In this document: piece by piece, positions 57,987 through 64,000 of the stretch
Layout of the letters: every line of letters begins with the position of its first letter
Position numbering within the stretch: the stretch's first letter is position 1
Assembly (NCBI GenBank): GCA_964568875.1
Contig: CAZMSH010000012.1
Location: forward strand, 28,228 to 92,227
Direction: 5' to 3'
Origin: an uncultured Rikenellaceae bacterium
GTDB lineage: Bacteria; Bacteroidota; Bacteroidia; Bacteroidales; VadinHA17
DNA length: 64,000 nucleotides
Notes under the pieces: generated by a model
What the model saw: the letters and a program-made list of their open reading frames with translations, nothing else
Databases searched by the model: none
What the model was told of the DNA's origin: nothing
Program-made: the position numbers and the translations under genes

Positions 57987-58939
57987 TGAAAACAATAACC
58001 CAAAGCCGTCATAAACAGGAGATTATCGGCATTTTTGAATCGATAGATTTCGAAAGGATAATCGACCACCCCAACATACTTATCTCAGCCAATTTCTGGG
58101 AACCAGAGAGATACCATGCTGCCCGGGTCTGCTATCGGATAATGAGATACATCGACGATCTTATTGATAATCATAAGGCCGAACGCGGAGCCATTGCCCC
58201 TCACGAAAGGGAACAGTTTACTGCCGATGTGGAAAAATGGCTGCAGATATTCCTCGATTCCGGCAGGAATGACCCCCTGCAGGCCGGACTGATGGAAACG
58301 ATTGAGCGATTCCGCATTCCCCTCTGGCCCCTTGAAGACTTTGCAAGATCAATGATTTATGACATCAATAACGACGGATTCCAAACGCTGCAGGCATATA
58401 TCGACTATTCCAGGGGTGCTTCGGTTGCTCCTGCAAGCATCTTCGTGCATCTGAGCGGCCTTCGAAGCAATGGCGGCCATTACCTGCTCCCGGAGTTTGA
58501 CGTGCGCGACACCGCAACCCCCTGCGCAATGTTCAGCTACCTTGTGCATATAATTCGAGACTTTCAGAAAGATCACCGTAACAACCTCAACTACTTTGCA
58601 GAAGATATTATGGCGAAGCACGGTCTTACACGGTCAGGACTACGAAGGATGGCATTCGGGGAGAATCTGTCGGAGGGATTCAGGTCAATGATGAGGGAGT
58701 ACATGGCTCTCGCTGACAGGTACAGGATTGAGACACTACAGGTAATGGAACGTGTTTGCCCTATGCTTGGTCCCCGCTATCGCCTCAGCCTCGAGATAAT
58801 ATTCAATCTCTACCTGATGGTATTCGAACGTATCGATCCCGACAACGGAAGCTTTACAACCTCTGAACTGTTACCCACACCGGAAGAGACAAAAACCAGA
58901 GTCTGGCAGGTAATCGAAACTTCAAAATGGGATTTCTAA
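57986..58939 (+). CDS. crtB: squalene/phytoene synthase family protein (CrtB/CrtM-like, divergent)
   Basis: Asp-rich motifs YIDDLID and IRDFQKD. It is translationally coupled to crtI through a TAATG overlap. Confidence 0.7.
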   Translation: MKTITQSRHKQEIIGIFESIDFERIIDHPNILISANFWEPERYHAARVCYRIMRYIDDLIDNHKAERGAIAPHEREQFTADVEKWLQIFLDSGRNDPLQAGLMETIERFRIPLWPLEDFARSMIYDINNDGFQTLQAYIDYSRGASVAPASIFVHLSGLRSNGGHYLLPEFDVRDTATPCAMFSYLVHIIRDFQKDHRNNLNYFAEDIMAKHGLTRSGLRRMAFGENLSEGFRSMMREYMALADRYRIETLQVMERVCPMLGPRYRLSLEIIFNLYLMVFERIDPDNGSFTTSELLPTPEETKTRVWQVIETSKWDF

Positions 58940-58966
58940 TATCTGATATCTGATATCTGATATCTG
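58939..58966. repeat. tandem heptanucleotide array (ATATCTG)4, which reads (CAGATAT)4 on the minus strand
   Basis: Units start at 58939, 58946, 58953 and 58960. The array fills the 33-nt gap between two convergent stop codons. Confidence 0.9.
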
Positions 58967-58972
58967 AAATCA

Positions 58973-60130
58973 TCAGATTCGGCTCTCCAGAACCTTCCTT
59001 ACCACCTCAGGCGTAACAAGTTTCCTGTCGCCGAAGGCTATCCATTTGCGCTCCACAAACCTGTTGACTATTTCGTCAACCGTCTCCTGACCGACACCGT
59101 ACTCACCAAGTCTTGTCTTTACCCCCAGAGACCGGAAGAACTCTTCCGTCCTGGTGATTGCCATTTCGGCACGGTCGGCTTCAGTTCCCTCAGTAATATC
59201 CCATACCCGTTCTCCGTACTGCAGCAGCTTGCCCATCTTCTCCTCCTTCAGCACCATCAGTATGCCCGGCAGCACGATGGCAAGGGTGCAGGCATGGTCT
59301 ATATTGTGAAGGGCGGTGAGTTCATGACCGATAGTATGCACCGACCAGTCACCCGGAACGCCACAGGAGAGGAGGCCGTTGAGAGCCATCGTTGCAGACC
59401 AGAAGAGGTTGGACATGGCCTCATAGTCGGCAGGATTGGCATATACTTTCGGCCCCTCCTCAATAAGGGTTGTCAGAACCGCCTCGGCAAACCTGTCCTG
59501 GATTGGTGCGTTAACAGGGTAGTTAAGATACTGCTCGGTAGTATGGATGAAAGCGTCAATAATACCGTTTGCAACCTGGTGCTTTGGCAGGCTGGCTGCT
59601 GCATCGGGAAGCAGAACCGAGAACTGCGGGAATACCTTCGGAGAGCCGAATGCCCTCTTGTCAGTGGTCGATTTGCGGCTAATAACAGCGTTCTTATTCA
59701 TCTCGGTGCCTGTGGCCGGGAGTGTCAGCACGGCAGCCAGCGGCAGGGCACGCTCAACAGGGGCGGCCTTATCCAGGATATCCCACGGGTCGCCGTTATC
59801 ATACAATGCTGCGGCTGCAATGAACTTTGTTGCATCGATTACCGAACCTCCTCCGGCGGCTAGCAGGAAATCAACCTTTTCGCTCTTTATTTTATCTACG
59901 GCCTGCATGCAGGTTTCATATGACGGATTTGGTTCAATGCCCCCAAACTCAACTATGGTTCGGCCTGACAGTGCCTCCTTTATCCTGACATAAACACCGT
60001 TTCGCTTAATGCTGCCTCCTCCGTAAAGGAGCATTATCTTCTTGCCATTGGGTATCAGCTCGGAAATTTTTAATAGTTGGTCCCTGCCAAACAGAATGTT
60101 GACCGGATTGTAAAATTCAAAATCTTTCAT
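58973..60130 (-). CDS. iron-containing (group III) alcohol dehydrogenase, YqhD/BdhA-like
   Basis: Motifs GGGS(V)ID, LPATGTEMN and the His cluster HTIGHELTALHNIDHA. Confidence 0.85.
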   Translation of the reverse strand: MKDFEFYNPVNILFGRDQLLKISELIPNGKKIMLLYGGGSIKRNGVYVRIKEALSGRTIVEFGGIEPNPSYETCMQAVDKIKSEKVDFLLAAGGGSVIDATKFIAAAALYDNGDPWDILDKAAPVERALPLAAVLTLPATGTEMNKNAVISRKSTTDKRAFGSPKVFPQFSVLLPDAAASLPKHQVANGIIDAFIHTTEQYLNYPVNAPIQDRFAEAVLTTLIEEGPKVYANPADYEAMSNLFWSATMALNGLLSCGVPGDWSVHTIGHELTALHNIDHACTLAIVLPGILMVLKEEKMGKLLQYGERVWDITEGTEADRAEMAITRTEEFFRSLGVKTRLGEYGVGQETVDEIVNRFVERKWIAFGDRKLVTPEVVRKVLESRI

Positions 60131-60137
60131 TTTAGTT

Positions 60138-61259
60138 TTATTCAGTTAGTTTTCTATTCTCTGTCATTGCCAGTCCGGGAAATCTCCTGAGCATTTTTTG
60201 TGCTATCGGAACACTCCGGGTGGTATAACCCGGGGCGGTGGTTTTTATTACACCCTCCTCAAACCATAACGGATCAATTAGGGTTTTTGTTTTGGCCTCG
60301 CCTTTAATGTTGCCGTGGTAGGAAGTCCACATCCTGCCGTCGGGGCCTGTAAACACCTGGTTATGACCTGCGTTGATCAGCGGGGACTGAGGATCCTCGA
60401 TTACCACTCCTTCTCTGACGATGTATGACTTTCCATCCCTTGAATAGGCCCCGAATAGCGGGTTCTTGTCATATTTTTTCCAGGGACCGTAAACATTCGT
60501 TGCCGTTGCGTATCCTACCGCATACCCCATTGTCCATGAAGAGTAGAAGAGGTAGTAGGTTCCTTCATGCTTTATGACGTGTGCCCCTTCAATACCGTTC
60601 GAATCCCATGCGCTGCCGGAACTTTGTGAGAAAAGCTCCACGGGTTCCTCCTTAAGGGTTACCGTTACCGTATCGAGTTCTGCTACGAATATTTTGTGAA
60701 TGTTTGTCCATCCGTTATTGAAGAAGGCGTAAACCCTGTTGTCTTCATCCTCGAAAAGGGAGATATCGTTTGAAGGAAATGATGTTAATGGTTTTTCGTG
60801 TGTTCTGACCGTATAGGGACCTGTTATTTCAGATGCTGTTGCCACACCGCATGCATGAAAGTGCTTCATGTCAGGATCAGCATAACTGCCGCTGTTATTC
60901 TGACAATTGAAGGTGAGATACCAGGTGCTGCCGATCTTCCTCAACTCCGGAGCCCAGAAACGGTCCCGGTACCAGACATTTGAGTCGAGGGCAAAAGCAT
61001 CGATAAGCAGCTTTTCGAATTTCCAGTTCCTCAGATCATCAGACGAGTAAAGCTTTACTCCGGGATTGGGTCCACCCCAGAAGGGTTCACAGGTGCCGAC
61101 TGCATAGAACCTGCCGTCATGCGGAATAATATGGGTATCCCTGAATTCAAGCCCGTTTAAGGGGTTGGTCCAGGTGAATTCCTTCTGAGTGCATCCCTCC
61201 ATGATAAAACTGAGCAATGCTATTGAAGTGATAAAACATAGTCTGGTGGTGGTTTTCAT
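60138..61259 (-). CDS. glycoside hydrolase family 43 protein
   Basis: I prefer the ATG at 61259 (MKTTTRLCFITSIALLSF signal; verified). GH43 blocks FWAPEL and EGAHV are present. Confidence 0.8.
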   Translation of the reverse strand: MKTTTRLCFITSIALLSFIMEGCTQKEFTWTNPLNGLEFRDTHIIPHDGRFYAVGTCEPFWGGPNPGVKLYSSDDLRNWKFEKLLIDAFALDSNVWYRDRFWAPELRKIGSTWYLTFNCQNNSGSYADPDMKHFHACGVATASEITGPYTVRTHEKPLTSFPSNDISLFEDEDNRVYAFFNNGWTNIHKIFVAELDTVTVTLKEEPVELFSQSSGSAWDSNGIEGAHVIKHEGTYYLFYSSWTMGYAVGYATATNVYGPWKKYDKNPLFGAYSRDGKSYIVREGVVIEDPQSPLINAGHNQVFTGPDGRMWTSYHGNIKGEAKTKTLIDPLWFEEGVIKTTAPGYTTRSVPIAQKMLRRFPGLAMTENRKLTE

Positions 61260-61263
61260 AATA

Positions 61264-61328
61264 AACAGGTTTTGTTGGCAGGGATCATATGAACAGGTTA
61301 TGTTGGCAGAGATCATATGAACAGAGTC
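61264..61328. repeat. 28-bp tandem direct repeat, 2.3 copies
   Basis: AACAGGTTTTGTTGGCAGGGATCATATG (61264-61291) is followed by AACAGGTTATGTTGGCAGAGATCATATG (61292-61319) and AACAGAGTC. The two full units match at 26 of 28 positions. Confidence 0.9.
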
Positions 61329-61569
61329 AAAGATAATAAATGTATTATTAACACGTAAATTTATGCCTCGGGATTTAGAATGTCATTCACCTGTAAGTGA
61401 TGATATTTTTATGGGTGGGGCAGGAAGCGTCACTCTGGAATAGATAATACAAGGGTCCCTTCTTCTTGTGGAGGAAATCAATGAAGAGCAGATGTCCCTG
61501 ATTGCTTTTGAGGAAGTTGTTTCGTACATTTGTTTTTGATCAGACAAATACAAACCCGAAACGAAGAAC

Positions 61570-62718
61570 ATGAAAAGGATCTTTCGCTTTGCACTGCTGA
61601 TATCCGCAATTCTGGCGGCAATTATATCATGTGAAAAGGGCCCGCCGGAAAAGGGAGGCCCGAAGAACCCCAAACCAAACGACCTCTCATATATCCACCT
61701 GGTAGTCCAGAACTATTGCGGAGGCGAACTGGTTTCGGACCTGCTGGCCGGCAAGAATACAAAAGTAGGTTTGGTGCGGGTGACCACAGATGGTGAATAC
61801 CTGACGGTGAAATATGAGATTGAAGGGAATGACTGGGTCATTTCAGAGACGCACCTGTCGGTTACGGCATCACTCTCTGATATTCCGGCAACAATGAACC
61901 TCAATCCGAAAATAGGTTTGTTCAAATACAAAAATGAACACTACCCCCAGGTAAGTTCATACACTTACAGTGGCATTCCGGTTGATGGTAATGGTAGCCT
62001 CTATATAATGGCACATGCAGTTGTGGAGCGCGTTACCGGCTGGAAAACTGATATCCCGGCAATCTCTGTACAGCTGCCTGAATATGTAACAATATCGGTT
62101 GATTACCCACAGGCCGGTTCCGGATCATATTTTACCACCACGGTAACCAACGGAGGCATCCTTGATGGCTCGTATGCCGGATGGTGTGTTGATGTAGGTA
62201 ATGCCATCTACTCCGGAACAGAATATCTGGCTAAGGTTATCTCAGGTTACGATGCTGACCTTTCAGGCGTAGTTGACAAGCCTGAAAATCTTGAAAAGGT
62301 TAACTGGATAATTAACCGGAATTTCGTTGGACAGACTGCTTCTGATGGTACCGTTTACACCTTCGGCGATGTGCAGCGGGCAATCTGGGAACTGGTTGAC
62401 AATGATGTCTCAGAGAGCGGACTGGGTGATTGGAGCCAGACCCGGGTTGATGAAATACTGATGCTCGCTGAAAATGCGCCGCCCGGGTATGTGCCTGAAT
62501 GCGGCCATGAGGTTGTTATAATGCTGGTGCCAGTCAGCGGAGAAGGAGGAGAGCCGATTCCCGTACAGAAGACCATTACCCAGGTTGCAGTGATTACTTT
62601 CCCCGGGGTATGTGTTCCGGTAACTAAAGGCAGTGAGACAGCCTGGGCTGCAGGTTATGACTTCGGTGGACCGAATTGGGCAAAGTACTTCATTTATTGC
62701 ACAAATCCTGTAAGATAA
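61570..62718 (+). CDS. hypothetical lipoprotein with an inserted domain carrying thioester-domain-like Cys and Gln motifs
   Basis: Lipobox AIISC. Motifs W-C206-V-D, V-Q269-R-A-I-W and T-Q337-V-A-V. The terminal motif is ETAWAAGYDFGGPNWAKYFIY. Confidence 0.5.
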   Translation: MKRIFRFALLISAILAAIISCEKGPPEKGGPKNPKPNDLSYIHLVVQNYCGGELVSDLLAGKNTKVGLVRVTTDGEYLTVKYEIEGNDWVISETHLSVTASLSDIPATMNLNPKIGLFKYKNEHYPQVSSYTYSGIPVDGNGSLYIMAHAVVERVTGWKTDIPAISVQLPEYVTISVDYPQAGSGSYFTTTVTNGGILDGSYAGWCVDVGNAIYSGTEYLAKVISGYDADLSGVVDKPENLEKVNWIINRNFVGQTASDGTVYTFGDVQRAIWELVDNDVSESGLGDWSQTRVDEILMLAENAPPGYVPECGHEVVIMLVPVSGEGGEPIPVQKTITQVAVITFPGVCVPVTKGSETAWAAGYDFGGPNWAKYFIYCTNPVR

Positions 62719-62830
62719 AACAGTTATTGGATCTTAATGTGTTAAAATTGAAAACCCGGCTGATCAACTACTATGATCTGTATATGTTACTTAACCCGGA
62801 TTTATATTACTAATCAAAACCTTAACTCTT

Positions 62831-63277
62831 ATGGAAGATCTCAATGAAACACAAAACGCCACGGCAGGTATGGAATTTTCAGAAAGGAGTGTAACCTATT
62901 TGAATGAGACCCGACGATGGACACTTTTCCTGTCAATTATCGGATTTATCGGAATCGGGTTTATGCTGATTGCTGCCATTTTTATGTTAACGGCATCTTC
63001 GCTGATCCCTGATATGCCTTTCTTCGGCGGCGCTGCTGCAACAATATTTTTCCTGCTGTTTGCACTTCTATACTTCTTTCCTATCTACTATCTGCTGAAA
63101 TTCTCAACACTTTCAAAGCTGGCAATAGACGGAAATGACAGTAGACTGCTTGAAGAGGCAATGAGATACCTAAAGATGATGTTCAAGTTCATGGGTATTC
63201 TTGTCATCGTAGTGCTGGCAATCTATTTACTCATAATTATTATAGCCCTCTTTGGTGCGGCTTTTGCACTCAGATAA
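62831..63277 (+). CDS. small 3-4-TM membrane protein (paralog A)
   Basis: It has an LNETRRW motif followed by TM helices, and is similar in layout to the ORF at 63492. Confidence 0.5.
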   Translation: MEDLNETQNATAGMEFSERSVTYLNETRRWTLFLSIIGFIGIGFMLIAAIFMLTASSLIPDMPFFGGAAATIFFLLFALLYFFPIYYLLKFSTLSKLAIDGNDSRLLEEAMRYLKMMFKFMGILVIVVLAIYLLIIIIALFGAAFALR

Positions 63278-63300
63278 CGACCCGGAAAAAGATTTTTGAT

Positions 63301-63331
63301 GGCCGGTCACTCAGGTGGCTGGCCTTTTTTT
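63301..63331 (+). terminator. putative rho-independent terminator
   Basis: GGCCGGTCA (63301-63309) pairs with TGGCTGGCC (63316-63324), including 2 G-U pairs, and is followed by TTTTTTT. The hairpin starts 24 nt after the stop. Confidence 0.6.
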
Positions 63332-63491
63332 ATTGTAACCCTGCGAAAGTTAAGAGGATCGTGAGTAAAAATTGTACCATGAATAGGTGTTGTATTCAAT
63401 TTTTTTTAATTTTACTATGTTTCGCTGCAGAAGACTGCAGATTAATAATTTTGTAATTAAGTCTGTATTGTTAACCTAAAACTATCTGAAA

Positions 63492-63923
63492 ATGGAAAAG
63501 ATTGTTAATCCCGTCCTCAATAAGACAGGTCTTGATCTCAATCAGGGTTCTCTGGTACACCTGAACGAAATCAGAAAACTGGCTCTGTTTATAGGAATTG
63601 TAATGCTTGTTATGTTTGTAATGATCTGCATAGGCATGCTGTCAATCATCATAATCGGGCTGATTCAAAATGAGCTTTTTATAGGCACAACTACGCTTGT
63701 TGCAGGTGTTTCGCTAATGGCAGTCTCAGTGGTTTACCTCCTTGCATTCATTTATCTCAACAGGTTCTCCGGCAGAATCAGTGATGCCTTTGCCGGCTCT
63801 GACTCCGGTAAAATCGAAATGGCATTTCTGAATATGAAATACTTCTTCAGGCTTATAGCGATAGTATTGATACTATATATAGTTGGCTTTTTAGTACTTG
63901 TGAGCACAAAAGTTCTGTTTTAA
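63492..63923 (+). CDS. small 3-4-TM membrane protein (paralog B)
   Basis: It has an LNEIRKL motif followed by TM helices, with the same architecture and size as paralog A. Confidence 0.5.
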   Translation: MEKIVNPVLNKTGLDLNQGSLVHLNEIRKLALFIGIVMLVMFVMICIGMLSIIIIGLIQNELFIGTTTLVAGVSLMAVSVVYLLAFIYLNRFSGRISDAFAGSDSGKIEMAFLNMKYFFRLIAIVLILYIVGFLVLVSTKVLF

Positions 63924-64000
63924 TGAGAAGATAAAGACCGATCGGCTCTTGTCATATAGAAAAAATAAAACAAAAACATAAAAAGCATTTATAAAATATA

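Noticed and set aside
61260-61316. N-terminal extension of the GH43 ORF
   Set aside because: It is encoded by the 28-bp tandem repeat. The ATG at 61259 gives a normal signal peptide.

Overview
This 64-kb chromosomal segment has Bacteroidota hallmarks. TAnnTTTG -7 boxes sit 19-45 nt upstream of start codons, there are many SpII lipoproteins, a DUF2723 protein is present, and the F-type ATP synthase is split into atpBEFHAG and atpDC with an 82-aa epsilon subunit. I support about 55 protein genes. Housekeeping genes include yceD-rpmF-plsX-fabH, both atp operons, ettA, yidD and a polyprenyl synthase. Envelope and signalling modules include an ECF sigma/anti-sigma/OMP triad, a LytTR two-component system with LiaF-like proteins, and an orphan receiver next to a YfiR-SpoIIE phosphatase. 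There is an unusual density of secreted peptidases (S51, YugP, two M14, M1, a retropepsin-like protein and an MA-like OMP). Other genes include two group II PLP decarboxylases, a crtI-crtB pair, a GH43 and an iron-type alcohol dehydrogenase. I recognised no rRNA, tRNA, CRISPR array, transposase, integrase or phage gene. The most unusual signals are as follows. (1) A family of 7-bp-periodic intergenic sequences with CAGNTAT-type tandem heptads at four loci, decayed in-phase heptads filling whole spacers, and a 28-bp (4x7) tandem repeat; these resemble cyanobacterial STRR elements. (2) A lipoprotein whose inserted domain carries motifs like those of Cys-Gln internal-thioester domains. (3) Two tandem 76-aa Cys-rich lipoprotein paralogs. 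(4) A signal-less, catalytically degenerate GH16-like protein with four N-terminal repeats. (5) An aromatic-amino-acid-decarboxylase-like gene 4 nt downstream of atpDC. All functional calls come from motif reading by eye; no database search was run.
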